Source of the DNA: Octopus sinensis
Taxonomy: Eukaryota
DNA: 64,000 nt
Assembly: GCF_006345805.1 (NCBI RefSeq)
Contig: NC_043006.1
Coordinates: forward strand, 40,548,001-40,612,000
Direction: 5' to 3'
Shown here in pieces: positions 50,767 through 64,000 of this stretch. The number at the start of each line of letters is the position of its first letter. Position 1 is the first letter of the stretch. The notes beneath the pieces are model-generated. The model had not been told where the DNA came from. It searched no databases and saw only the letters and a list, made by a program, of their open reading frames with translations. Both the position numbers and the translations under genes were made by a program.

Positions 50767-51113
50767 TGTGTACAGTGCTCAGGTGCACTACAACTCATCT
50801 AAAGTGTATATATAATCAGGTGTAGTTTCGGTGGATTTCGGAAAGCATGAGGGCCTTAAAGGATGCAGTGTCATGGCAGTCAACAAGTGACGCAGGCAGT
50901 TTATTCCATGCTTCAGCAACTCTGAGCGTGAAAAAATGTTTCCGAAAGTCATGGGAGCTGTGTTGTTTTCTGACTTTGTAGGCATGTCCACGTGTGTTAG
51001 ACACATGGAGATCAAAAAGGTGTTCAGTTATCTGGTGGTCAATGAGGAAACTAGGGATAGATGAATAGTTAGTGAGAGCTGTGCAAGCCATGTACAGGGA
51101 TGCTGTCAGTAAG
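50714..51113 (-). mobile_element. CR1/L2-type LINE 3' end with (ATT)n tail, abutting the RTE fragment
   Basis: TRGHAYK...RKHFFTLRVAEAWNKLP C-terminal motif, short 3' UTR, (ATT)n. Confidence 0.88.
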
Positions 51114-51229
51114 GGTTGGCAACAAGTACAGGGAAGAATTCAGGGTAGAGGTAGGGAGAGAGATAGAGAGAGAGAGGGGTTGTAAAGCTCAAAAAATAAG
51201 AAAAATCAGGGAACCTGCATATATATATA

Positions 51230-51276
51230 TATATATAGACAGACAGAAAGATAGACAGACAGACAGACAGACAGTC

Positions 51277-51311
<35 letters not shown>

Positions 51312-51365
51312 TAGATAGATAGATAAACAGACAGATAGACAGACAGACATATAGATAGATAGATA

Positions 51366-51411
<46 letters not shown>

Positions 51412-51463
51412 ACAGACAGACAGACAGACTGAGAGAGAGATAGACAGACAGATAGACATACAT

Positions 51464-51508
<45 letters not shown>

Positions 51509-51610
51509 CAGATAGACAGACAGACAACAGATAGACAGACAGACAGACAAATAAACAGATAGATAGACAAATAGATGGATGGATGGATGGATGGATGGAT
51601 GGATAGCTAG

Positions 51611-51704
<94 letters not shown>

Positions 51705-51705
51705 G
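51230..51705. repeat. (GATA)/(GACA)/(GGAT) tetranucleotide compound microsatellite
   Basis: Read directly from the sequence. Confidence 0.95.
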
Positions 51706-52259
51706 TGTGTGTATTCACTTTAGCGTAGATGTTCCCCATAGTTTATAGATTTTAAGAGAATTACTTCCCTTGACGCCGGCCTAAAAGCTAATGTTAAATT
51801 CATCCGGTGCAATCTGATGTCACTCCATCTCCATCTCGGGGGTTTTTCCTTCCAAGCTCTTTACAGATACACACACAAACATACATACACATAAACACAT
51901 GTACATACTCTCACGCTCACATATCCATACATTCTAGTACACACACAAACACACACATTTATATATATACACAACATGCAAGGTGGTTCGCGTACGTTGA
52001 GGTAACATTCCTATATTTGGTTTTGACGGCTGTTTGCCTTTTTTTTTATATATATTGCACTATATTTATATATATTCCTAGATATCTAAATACTTGTGTT
52101 GAACCACAGATATAATGCTGAATTTTATATTCCAAGGGTGTGGTGCACTTTAGCGTTTATTTTCTGTATCTATTGTCAGACTCTCTCATAGATTATCTCA
52201 TCTAAATCAAACTCTGAATTCCTTCTGTCCCTCGCTGCCAAATCGGATGTAAATGTTAT

Positions 52260-52266
52260 GATATTA

Positions 52267-52303
<37 letters not shown>

Positions 52304-52513
52304 ATATATATAATATATATATATATATTTATTATATATGATTTCTTTTAGTTACATTTAATATTAGTTTTTATATATTTTATTATTGATTTAGTTAATC
52401 TTAGAATCTGTTTTATCCTATAATCTTGCACATTATTAAAACCATATATGTTTTTAACATAAAATATAACTGCTCAAAAAATTATTTTGAAGTTCGCTTT
52501 TTCTCAGACTGAA

Positions 52514-52544
<31 letters not shown>

Positions 52545-52620
52545 CGGACTACAAATATACGTGTGTATATAATTAATGTAATATCAGGTTGTTTTGCATT
52601 TGAACGATGCACACATGCAC

Positions 52621-52683
<63 letters not shown>

Positions 52684-52921
52684 TATTATATGTATGTATG
52701 TATATATGTATATATATATAGGATATGTATGTATATATATGTATATATATATATTGTATGTTATGTATAATGTAATATATATATCTGTATATAGATATAT
52801 ATATCATGTATGTATCTATGTATATATATATATATATATATAATATGTATTATGTATATATGTATATATATAGTATATATATATAATATATATGTATGTA
52901 TATATGTATATATATATATAT

Positions 52922-52952
<31 letters not shown>

Positions 52953-53141
52953 GTATGTATAAGTATATATATATATTATATATGTATGTATGTATGTATA
53001 TATGTATATATATATATATATATGTATGTAATGTATGTATATATATATTATATATGTATGTATGTATGTATATGTATATATATATATATGTGTATGTATA
53101 TATGTATATATATATATATTGTATGTATGTATGTATATATG

Positions 53142-53218
<77 letters not shown>

Positions 53219-53490
53219 ATGTATATATATATATATGTATGTATATATGTATATATATATATGTATGTATTATATATATATAATATATATATATATGTAT
53301 GTATGTATTATGTATATATATAGATATATATGTATGTGTATATATGTATATATAGATATATGTATGTATGTATATATGTATTATATAGATATATATATAT
53401 GTATGTTATATATGTATATATATATATATATATATGTATGTTAATATATATGTATGTATATATGTATATATATATATATATATCATTCTG
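52260..53490. repeat. Mostly (TA)n/(TATG)n compound microsatellite field
   Basis: Read directly from the sequence. Confidence 0.9.
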
Positions 53491-53599
53491 TTAGAAGATA
53501 AACATTATATACGCACATGTATGTGTAATGTATATGGCGAACAAGCAAAGCACATTGTGTATGTGTTGAATAATATATATGTGTGTGTGTGTGTATCGA

Positions 53600-54900
53600 T
53601 CTTGTTTAAATATATAATATATAAATTTGCTCGATCGATCATACGATCATAGTAAAAAGCCACTATTGTATTTATACATGCGTATGTGTGTGACTTAATC
53701 TTGAGTCTTGTTGCTATTTACTAATTAGTGCGGCTGTTTGTGTGTATGTGTATCTGTCCACATCTATATGTGTATGTGCGTGTGTGTATGTTGTGATCGT
53801 AATTATATTGTTAATCAATTTCAGACACCGGTACAATACATTGTAACTTTCACTTCTGACCATGTCGGTTGTCTTTATGGTTTTTATTATTTTTTTCTAT
53901 TTTATTTTCTTCCTTCTCGTTATTGTTGATTCCATTTAGAATTACATGTTTCTCCTCGTTCAAGTTGTTCCTATGTCCAAAATACATATTTCTAAATTCT
54001 GACTCTGAAATGCATAAAAGCGCCGAGCCATTAAATCTTTTGCTTTCTGCATATTTAACGAGTGTTTCGTTTTTAATATTCCTCCGCTATTAAATACAAA
54101 GTTCACTTTTTGATTACTCATCTTTGTAACAGGCAGCCTCCTTCCCATGGCAACCGATTCCACTTTATATGGGGTGGGTATATTAAGCAGTTACTTGATG
54201 TAAGAGATAAAATTACCAGCAAGTTGAGACTACTTCTCAGTTTCGATTCTCGACCTGGATCCTAATCCACTCCACTTCACCGTGGGACATTTTATGTCGT
54301 TAATGTCTTTGTGGCTGGTGAGGTACGGGCATCACAACATATTCTAGCTTTCTCTTCTATAAACCAAAAATATTCTCTTATCGAGAGTAATTAAGATTTC
54401 ATAATCAGCCCTGTTGACACACGCACGCACGCATACACACACACACACTGCAAAATATGGCCTGGATTGGGCCTTTTCGCAAGTTGTATAAATAATCTCT
54501 CCTAATCCACGAAGCGGAAGATCTTAAGAACACGAATGCAATACATTTTGTGTTTATTTTTAAATTTAGAATTACAGAATAAAATTATGGGATCTTTTTT
54601 GCTTTCTTTTTCTTTCTCCATCTTCTGCTCATTCATTCTCTCTTTGACTCATTCTGTTCGCATATCTCTTTCTTCCCCTTTCGACTTGAAATCCGAGCGA
54701 ACTTCATTTTTCGACACAGTTCTACTCGATGCGCATTAACTGTCATCCGAACAGTTTCAAACCCCTATAGTTCCTTCAAATCGCTCGTCACAATTACTGC
54801 CATGGTAGTTTTCTGTCGTGAACGAAGGTTTCCTTCTCAAAACAGTGCTGGCAGGTTTATATTGCCAGTGAATAAATATTATGTTCTGTAGCTCAGTGCT
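53600..54900. promoter_or_regulatory. Candidate divergent promoter / first-exon region between the two genes
   Basis: Largely repeat-free and visibly CpG-richer than its flanks; possible donors at 53945 (-) and 54855 (+). Confidence 0.3.
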
Positions 54901-57473
54901 TTAGAAATAAAAAAGAATCCCCTTACTTGACACACAGGTCAAGGGCGATAACAGGGAAAGCATCCGATCCTAAAATACCACTTCAAATAAGTATGTATCC
55001 AACTTAGTCATTGAAAACTGGACTTAATAATAATACAAGTTGTGTTTGTGATTATAGTCATCGTCGTTGTTTTAACGTCCACTTTTCCATGTTTGCATTG
55101 ATCAGACGGATTTTGTGGAAGCAGGTTTTCAAGCCGTTCTGTTGCCAACTCTATCTTGTTTTTCTAAGCAAAGTGATATTTCCACATAGCTAAACATGTT
55201 TTCATGGAGGATTGGAAACAAACGTCACACATATATACGATGTGCTTCTTTCACTTTCCGTCTACCAATTCCACTCATGTCTTTGGTCAATCTGGGGCTA
55301 TAGCTGAAGACACTGGACCAGGGCTTCATACAATGGTACTGAAGCCAGAATCACATGATTGGAAAGCAAACTTCTTAACCATAGAACCATGCATGTATAT
55401 CTATGTGTGTGCATGTATACTCTTTTACATGCTTCAGTCATTTGACTGCAGCCATGCGAGAGTACCGCCTTTGGTCGAAGAAATCGACCCGGGACTTATT
55501 CATTGTAAGCCTAGTACTTATTCTATTGGTCTATGTTGCTGAACCGCTTTCGGGGACATAAACACATCAACATTAGTTGTCAAGCGATGGCGCAGGTGTG
55601 TTGGGGGACAAACAAAGACACACATACATAGATATATGTACATATACACGACAAGCTTCTTTCAGTTTCCGTCTACCAAATCCATTCACAAGGCTTTGGT
55701 TAGCCCAAGGTTATTGTGGGAGACACTTGCCCAAGGTGCCATGCAGTGGGACTGAACCTGGAACCATGTCACTGGGAAGCAAGCTTCTTACCACACGGCC
55801 ATGCCTGATGTTTTCTTGAGGTAACAAGTTCAAAAGAAGCCACTTAGAATAATGTACTCAAAAATAAGTCTGAGAGTGAATAAAATCCTGAAGAACCATG
55901 AGTGAAACAAAATATATTTTGTCAGACTAACAGTTATGGATGAAGCATAAATATATTTTGGGGCTAACCAAAGCCTTGTGAATGGATTCGGTAGACGAAA
56001 ACTGAAAGAAGCTTGTCGTGTATATGTACATATATCTATGCATGTGTGTCTTTCAGTTTCCGTCTACTAAGTTCACTCACAAGGCTTTGATTGACCTGAG
56101 ACTATAGTAGAAGACACTTAACCAAAGTGCTATGCAGTGGGACTGAACCCAGGACCATGTGGTTGGGAAGAAAACTTCTTGCCACACCTAAGCACCATTT
56201 TTTAAAATTACGTTTTGAGTTCAAATCTTGCCAAAATCAACTTTACCTTTAATATCTCAAGGGTCGATAAAATAAAGTACCAAACAATCAAGTACCAAGA
56301 AATTTGGGAGTGATATAGTCAACTTGTCTCCCTCCCCTCAAAACAAACTGGTATCCCATTCAGGGCAATGTTATGATCTTCATCACTTATATGTTATAAT
56401 GGGTGAGGGTGACCCCCTTCGGTCATGAATGACCATAGGATTGCACCTAGGAAGTTACCCTCCAAGGCACAAGTCCGGGCAAGGTTGTTTATGGAGAACC
56501 AGCAGTCCACCCATGCATACCATCCTCCCTTCTCTACGCCACTGATATTATCTAAGGGAAAGATAAGGGCCATGATACAGCTTGGCACCAGTGATGTCGT
56601 AACTCATTTCTACAGCTGAGTTAACTGGAGCAATATGAAATATAGTATCTTGCTCAAGGACACAACTCACAGCCCAGTCCAGAATTCGAACTCACTACCT
56701 CATGATCATAAGCTCGACGCTCTAACCACTGAGCCATGCACCTTCACTTATATGTAACTGGCTTTGTGAGTCCTAGGGCTCAAGAAAATTTTTTTGTTTT
56801 ATATAGAATAGGAAATAATTTGACAGATGTGTATATCAGATAAGGAAATAATACACTGGTTATTGCCATTGTGAACACTTTATATGTTCAAGTTATTACT
56901 GCACGGGACTTGCTGGGGAAATAATTATTGGTGGTGGGAGAAAAAGTGATAAGTAGGAGGAGAACTGCTGAATGGAAGTGAAATAAATCAAGACAGCTGT
57001 GAGGAGCAGAGGCCATTATAGTAGCAGTCGAAAAGACCAAGAGAAGAGATGATGTACCTCTGGGCCAGAGACTGAAGTATGTCTATGTATGATGGTGATT
57101 TCATATATTTGTGTATGTACCGTCCAACCCATGCTAGCATGGAAAGCGGACGTTAAATGATGATGATGATGATGATGTATGTGTGTGTCTATATATATAT
57201 ATATATATAGACACGTAAGAGAACCATCCGATCATGGCCATTGCCAGGCACATAAAAAACACCATCCGATCGTGGCCGTTTGTCAGCCTCGTCTGGCACG
57301 TAAAAGCACCCACTACACTGACGGAGTGGTTGGCGTTAGGAAGGGCATCCAGCTGTAGAAACACTGCCAGATCAGACTGGGTCTGGTGCAGCCTTCTGGC
57401 TTCCCAGACCTCAGTTGAACCGTCCGACCCATGCTAGCATGGAAAGCAGACGTTAAACGATGATGATGATGAC

Positions 57474-57504
<31 letters not shown>

Positions 57505-58416
57505 ATGCATGCTTATACACACACACATGAATTAACATGTCTCTCTCTGTCCATTCCACATTTTCCCCTTAATTTTAATTAGTAAAGCGAAAAAAAAGAA
57601 AACAACATATACATAGAAATTTAAAAAAATAACAAAATAAACAGGAATGAGTAAGAAATGTGAAAGAACATGTGTCACACATCAAAAGACAAAAGAAGCG
57701 ACCTGGCAAGAACAAGATCATCATCATATATATATATAAAACTTAGAACAAACAACATATAATCCTCTATTTCTCTAATATCGAGGTCTCATTCTTTTGT
57801 TGTTACTTTTTATCATAATTATTATTATTATTATTGTATATATATAGGCATGGCTGTATGGTAAGAAAATTGCTTCCCAACCACATGGTTCCAGGTACAG
57901 TCCCACTGCATGGCACCCTGGGCAGTTGTTTTCTACTATAGCCTCAGGCCAATCAAAGCTTTGAGAGTGGATTTGGTAGATAAAAGCTAAAAGAAGCCCA
58001 TCATACGTACATGTGTGTGTGTGTGTGTCTTGTTTGAGTCAGTCTCTTACTGTTCTGGGTTTCACCTGTGGATGCACAGACTCTTCAGTTGTAATTTACC
58101 TGAAGACCCTGTGCACCCACTGGCAATAATCAGGGTAGCAAGGGACCGATGCAATCCAAGTAAAAATATCATTAATCTCTACTCTGGTCTCAAGTACTCG
58201 CTTCCGACAGCCAACACTAAGCAGAAACATCCCCACCACCACCCACTCACCCTCTCCATTCCCTGGTCCACTTCACTATATACACCTCCCTGTAACTCAA
58301 GTGTATGGCCCCTTCACTCCCTACCCCATCAGATCTTAACCAGCTCTCTCTCTCTCTCTCCTGCTTCAGATACAGAGGCAATAATGAGTTGCGATAGCAA
58401 GATATTACAAATATAC

Positions 58417-58674
58417 ATTATGTACATTTGACTGATATTTGTCCTCATCTTGTTTGTTGTTAACACAACATTTCGGCTGATATACCCTCCAGCCTTCATC
58501 AGGTGTCTTGGGGAAATTTTGAACCTGGGTTCTCATTCCTAATGTATTTTTCAATGTTGTTGTTGTTATTATTATCATTATTATTATTATTCAGGTCACT
58601 GCCTAGAATTGAACTCGGAATCTTGGGGCTAGTAGCCCGCACTCTTAACCACTATGCCATATGGCGTAGAACTG
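58417..58674 (-). mobile_element. Family D element, copy 3
   Basis: 14-bp TSD TATTACA(A/G)ATATAC; HHR at 58462-58507; retained palindrome centre CTATGCCATATGGCGTAG. Confidence 0.85.
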
Positions 58675-61600
58675 TATTACAGATATACTTATTATAAACC
58701 TCTCCCTCTTCCTCTCTCACTCCTCTTTCTTCCTTGTGATCTGTGTTTCTCTTGCTCTCTTAACCTCTGTCACTGTCTTTCATTCCCCCTATCTTCCTCT
58801 CTATCACTTTCAGCATTCCTATTTGCTCTCTCTCTCTCTCTCTCTCTCTCATCTGAGATAGCTATGTTTCTGTATTGATGTAGGACACCCTTTTCCTCAG
58901 TGCTAGCTCCATTAGTTGAGGGGTTTGGTCCTGCAACTGATCTATGTAAATGTCATTTTCTCTAATCCATCATGTTTCCTTTTTATCTGTATTTTATCAT
59001 ATCTGTTATTAATGTGATGGGAGTGCAATAGCCTAGTAGTTAGGGCAGCAGACTCTCAATCGGAGGTTCATGGTTTCGATTCCCAGATCGGGCGTTGTGT
59101 GTGTTTATTGAGCAAAAACACCTAAAAGCTCCACGAGGCTCCGGCAGTGGGTGGTGGCGACCCCTATTCTACTCTTTCGCCCCAACTTTCACTCTTTCTT
59201 CCTGTTTCTTGAGTAACGCTGCGATGGACTGGTGTCTCGTCCAGCTGGGGGGGTGGGGACACATACGCCACAGAAACCGGGTCCATGAGCCTGGCTAGGC
59301 TTGAAATGATAAATAAATTATTAATGTGATGAGCTGGCAGAATCATTGGCACACAAAATGCTGGCAGCATTTCTTCCAGTTCTTTACATTGTAATTTGAA
59401 ACACCACCTAGATCAACTGTGCTTTTCATCATTTAGGGATCGATAGAATAACTAGTAGTCAAACACTGGGGTTGATGTAATTGACTTAGCCTCTCCTCTC
59501 AAAATTGCTGGCCTTGTACCAAAATTTGAAACTGTTATATCTGTTGTTTTTTGTTTATCTCTCAGATGTATCATTGTGTAAACAAAATGAGGGAAAAACT
59601 GAAATGTCCTTTGCTGCCCTCTTCATTATGAACGGGAATTTGATTTGATACCAGTAATTTCCACAGGTTAGTAACTCCATTTATCTTTCCCTCCATTGTT
59701 GTTATTACCATCATTGTCATGATCAGTAGCTGTGACCAAATCCACTTAGTCATCTAAGCATATTCAGAGCATAACATGTGGTGAGAATTAGTTATTTAGA
59801 TTGAGTAAAACAGAATGACTATAGCAAATTATTTTTAATCAACAGAAGATAAATTTTGAGCAGTAATTTATTTTCCATATTTTTTTATCTTATCAACATG
59901 TGACCCTTTTATATTTTACTCTGACACATCTTCTCCACCATCCTGTTTCTTTTCCAAATGGAGTGGTGACCATGTACTTCCCCCACCACAAGACACCTGT
60001 TCTTGTCCTCTGTCATACTTTAACCTCACATATTCTAGCATACAACCACTTCTCTTTTACTCTCTTATACTTGTTTTAGTCATTTGACTGGCCATGCTGG
60101 AGCACTGCCTTTAGTCGAGCAAATCAACCCCAGGACTTATTCTTTGTAAGCCTAGTACTTATTCTATCGGTTTCTTTTGCCGAATCGCTAAGTTATGGGG
60201 ACGTAAATACACCAGCTTTGGTTATCAAGCGATGTAGGGGGGGGGGCAAACAGACACAAACACACACACACACACATATATACACATATACAACAGGCTT
60301 CTTTCAGTTTCCGTCTACCAAATCCACTCACAAGGCTTTGGTCGGTCTGAGGCTATAGTAGAAGACACTTGCCCAAGGTGCCACGCAGTGGGACTGAACC
60401 CGGAACCATGTAGTTGGTAAGCAAGCTACTTACCGCACAGCCACTCCTGAATATTTAAAATCGTTTTCTCTGTATAGTGATGAACTGAATTTTCAAGTTT
60501 TCAAGCTACTTACCACACAGCCACTCCTACTTCCTTCAATATTAATTCTCCCCTCAGTTGGTGGGGGTTTTGTCCTGTGAATTACTCTGTGACCTCACTA
60601 GTACCGGTGCCACATAAAAAAATACTCAGTACAATCTGGAAAGTGGTTGGCATTAGGTAAACCATCCAACCAGAGAAACCATGCCGAAGCAGATTGTGGA
60701 GCCTGGTGCAGTCCTCTGGCTCTCCAGCTCCTGTCGATCATCCAACTCAAACCAGCATGGAAAACAGAAGTTAAATGATGAAGATTAGGGTCATAATGGT
60801 CGTAGGCTTAGCTGTGTGGTAAGAAGCTTGCTTCCCAGCTACATGGTTCCAGGTTCAGTCCCACTGTGTGGTACCTTAGGCAAGTGTTTTTTGCTAAAGC
60901 TTCAGCCTGACCAAAGCCTTGAGAGTGGACTTGGTAGATGGAAACTGAGAGAAGCTTGTGTGTGTGTGTGTGTTTGTCCCCTGCCACCACTTGGCAACCA
61001 GTGTTGATGTTTACATCTCTAACTTAGCAGTTCATCAAAAGAGACTGACTGAATAAGTACCAGGCTATAAAGCAAATTAGTACTGAGCTCAATTCATTTG
61101 ACGAAACTTTCTTCAAGGCAGTGCCCCAGCATGGCCACAGTCTTATGACTGAAACAAGTTAAAGATAAAAGATAATACCTCCTTTATTAAATTTTTATAG
61201 AAATTACTAAAAAAAGATCAGGACATATTTAACAAAATTTTAGTGGGTCTTCATACTTCATCAGTCATTGGTAACATAATATACTTCTTAAGGTGGCGAG
61301 CTGGCAGAAACGTTAGCACGCCACGTGAAATGCTTAGCTGTATTTTGTCTGTCTTTACGTTCTGAGGTTGACTTTGCCTTTTGTCCTTCCGGGGTTGATA
61401 AATTAAGTACCAGTTGCACACTGGGGTCAATCTAATTGACTGGCCCCCCCTCTCCAAAAATTTCGGGCCTTGTGCCTGCAGTAGAAAAGAATATTAAGCA
61501 GGATGAAGACAGCGAGCTGGCAGAAACATTAGCATACTGGGCAAAATGCTTCACGGTATTTCGTCTGTGCTTACATTCTGAGTTCAAATTCCACCGAGGT

Positions 61601-62181
61601 CATCTTTGCCTTTTCATCCTTTCGGAGTTGATAAATTAAGTACCAGTTGTGCACTGGGGTCGATCTAATTGACTGGCCTCCTCTCCCCAAAATTTCAGGC
61701 CTTGTGCCTGGAGCAGAAAAGAATATCCTTTAAATATTTTTTATCTTGACAAAGATTGGGTGCAAGGATATATTTAAAATCTAATAAGTGTTGTACTTGA
61801 TTTCAATATTTCATTTCTAAAACAAAATCATGTCTTCTCTAAACTCTGGGTGCCTAGCAAAGTCTCCCATTGTACGCTCACGGCATCACCATCCTTTCCC
61901 AGGATCATTCCTGGTCTAGATCTACAGTCTTCCACTGAGCCATTGCTTGATGAATCTAAGCCATGCTTTTAAAGTTAATTTATCTGCTTCTTCCTGTTAC
62001 TAACCATTCTTCAACCATAAACTGGTTGTCAACCCTCAAACTAATAGAAATATGTAAAATGGTCAAGAGAAGGAATTAGAAATGTCTGATGCTGCTTGTT
62101 AGATGTGCCAACGACAAGGGAATGTGTTGGTATGTGATAACTCAAATATAGAAGTCAGCTGAGGAAAAGATAGCACTGAAC

Positions 62182-62374
62182 TACTGTATTTCATGGCATA
62201 AAAGATGCACACTAATTTCAGCAATGCATATTGAGGAAAAAAGTTTTGGGTTCATTAAAGCATGGAATATAGACCCAACTTCGCGTATAGGAAGGACCCA
62301 CTGTGATTTTTTTGTGATATTTTGTTTTGGCATTTTGTGATGAGAGTACGTCTTACATGCCATCAAATACGGTA
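62182..62374. mobile_element. Tc1/pogo-like MITE
   Basis: About 29-bp imperfect TIRs TACTGTATTTCATGGCATAAAAGATGCAC / GTACGTCTTACATGCCATCAAATACGGTA. Confidence 0.7.
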
Positions 62375-63168
62375 ATGTATTTATTGGGAAGACGTTCGTG
62401 TGTAACTTACGTGAAATGCAGAAAACGATGGACTGTAAGAGTAACTGGGAATTAAAAAGTATCAGATAATGGATCCAAGGGAGATAACTTCAGTAGTAGG
62501 CATACTAAGTGGGACAAATGAGCAGCTACGTATGGATGGAAAACCGTTGTGTGTCGACATGGAAAGAAGTAAAGTCAGGTTTAAGGATGTTGAGTCTCAC
62601 AGACAAAATCTCAGTGCAAGGTCAGGACAAATGATTTGTATATGGTAGAACTGTCCTTCCTGTGTGAACTTGGGAAAATAGATATGGAAACGGGTGATAG
62701 TGATGCTGCAAGTTTGACTTTGTTACAAAAAGAAAAGTTATTTTGTCGTTTTGTTGTATTAATATTAAAAACTTAATAAATTTCAAATATTGTTTTCTTT
62801 CAGTTGCCTGACCTGCCACAGCACGTGTCCCACTTTTGATGCATCTGTTGTCCAGCTTACATAATCGTTGCCCTGCCTTGCCACACCAGTTTTCCAGCTT
62901 TCTTTAGCAGCTGTACAACTTACCACACAACAGTTGTCCAGTTTATCACAGTTATTGTCGTCCCACCTTCCTGTAGCAACTTCTCCACCATACCTTTACC
63001 AGCGGCTGTTTTCTGTTTGGCATAAAACACCAGTTACCCAACGTTATTTACACCGATAATGTAGCTTCCCACACACATTCCCCAACAAAACAGTTAAACC
63101 TCATAACAGTGCCTAGTTGTTTAATTTAAACTACCATTTGCCTAAGTTACTCTGCCAGTAGTGCCAAA

Positions 63169-63798
63169 ATGAATGACATTGCAAAAGATAGATTTGACAA
63201 CCAAAATGGATGTTGTCAGTTGGAAGAGGATAGCAATCACACATTTGAGGTGTCCTCTGATGACATTTGCAAGTTTGGCATTTGTGACATAGGCCTCATT
63301 GTGGAACAGGAACTCATAGAGTGTCACAAACAGGTCTTGTCAGAAAACAGTCAGTACTTCAAAGCAATGTTTGAAAGTACTATGAAAGAAAAATCTCAAA
63401 AGACTATAGACCTTAAATGTGTGTCGCTCAATAGCTTCAAAGTGATTTTAGATTTCTGTTATAGTAAACCAGCCCCTCTTCTCATCGACCGTGACAACAT
63501 CTTTGATGTAACACGCATTGCTGATATGTTGAATTTTTCTGAAGTATTCTCATTATGCAAGAATTTCTTATGGAGTCTTGTAAGTCAGAACTGTTTTGAT
63601 GTCCTCATGCTAGCCTCCACTTTGTTCATAAAAGATCTGCACAACTACTGCACTGCTTATGTCCTCTGGAATTTCAAAACCATCAAAGACAATGAAGATT
63701 TTGTCTTCTTAACTAAAGATGAGCTACAGAACTATCTCAGTGACAGCAGACTTAATACAGTTTCAGAGCTTCCTGTGTATAAAAGTATTATTACATGG
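63169..63798 (+). CDS. First coding exon of a BTB-BACK domain (kelch-like family) protein
   Basis: 210 codons; BTB motifs (D..LIV....IECHKQVL...SQYFKAMF...MKE....IDL) then BACK (NCFDVL..A...L...C..YV..NF...F..L....L...LSD..L); in-frame upstream stop at 63127; GTAAGT donor at 63799; polypyrimidine acceptor at 62803 gives a 5' UTR portion. Confidence 0.93.
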
Positions 63799-64000
63799 GT
63801 AAGTGTTAAATACTTCTAGTAACCATCTTTCTTTCAGACACTAATCTTATGTAGCCTGTTTATATTTCCTACATTCATCTGTGTTTGTATCATTGAGATA
63901 GAAGATCCCTTGTTTTATTGCTGCCTCCTCATCACCTTCGTCTATTTCCTTCATCTTCACTTTGTCATCTCTAACTCTTATCTCTTCTCTAGGGCATGAG

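Noticed and set aside
53960-54163. 67-aa minus-strand ORF MESVAMGRRLPV... as a small protein
   Set aside because: No recognisable motif and an alternative start; at most a uORF or chance frame.
55868-55927. CTGAAGA-ACCATGAGT-GAAAC-AAAATATATTTT-GTC with a palindromic stem III
   Set aside because: Stem II is only 2 bp without a G10.1-C11.1 pair, and stem I does not form next to the core.

Overview
This is repeat-dense, AT-rich animal genomic DNA. The SINE families and the microsatellite load suggest a cephalopod (Octopus-like) genome; that is inferred, not database-checked. Two genes are visible. (1) On the minus strand I reconstructed by hand 17 GT-AG exons (45162 down to 2776; 1974 nt = 658 codons, phases consistent, no stops) of a receptor-type protein tyrosine phosphatase-like gene. 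Its order is signal peptide, Cys-rich segment, EGF, galactose-binding-like domain, EGF, F-type lectin domain, EGF, TM, juxtamembrane region, then a PTP domain with degenerate motifs; the 3' end was not resolved within the window. (2) On the plus strand, the first coding exon (63169-63798) of a BTB-BACK (kelch-like) gene points away from gene 1. The remainder is SINEs, RTE/CR1 LINE fragments, a non-autonomous Helitron, mariner/piggyBac/hAT MITEs, and mini- and microsatellites. The most unusual signal is a set of at least 8 type-I hammerhead ribozyme (HHR) motifs from about 5 sequence families. All have palindromic (dimer-type) stem III and most have an extra nucleotide after A9. One family sits in a tRNA-headed, TSD-flanked, head-to-head palindromic retroelement present in 3 copies. 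HHR copies that are sense to the host pre-mRNA carry core mutations, while antisense copies are largely intact. Nearly all other ORFs in the supplied track are microsatellite artefacts. No CRISPR array or rRNA was seen.
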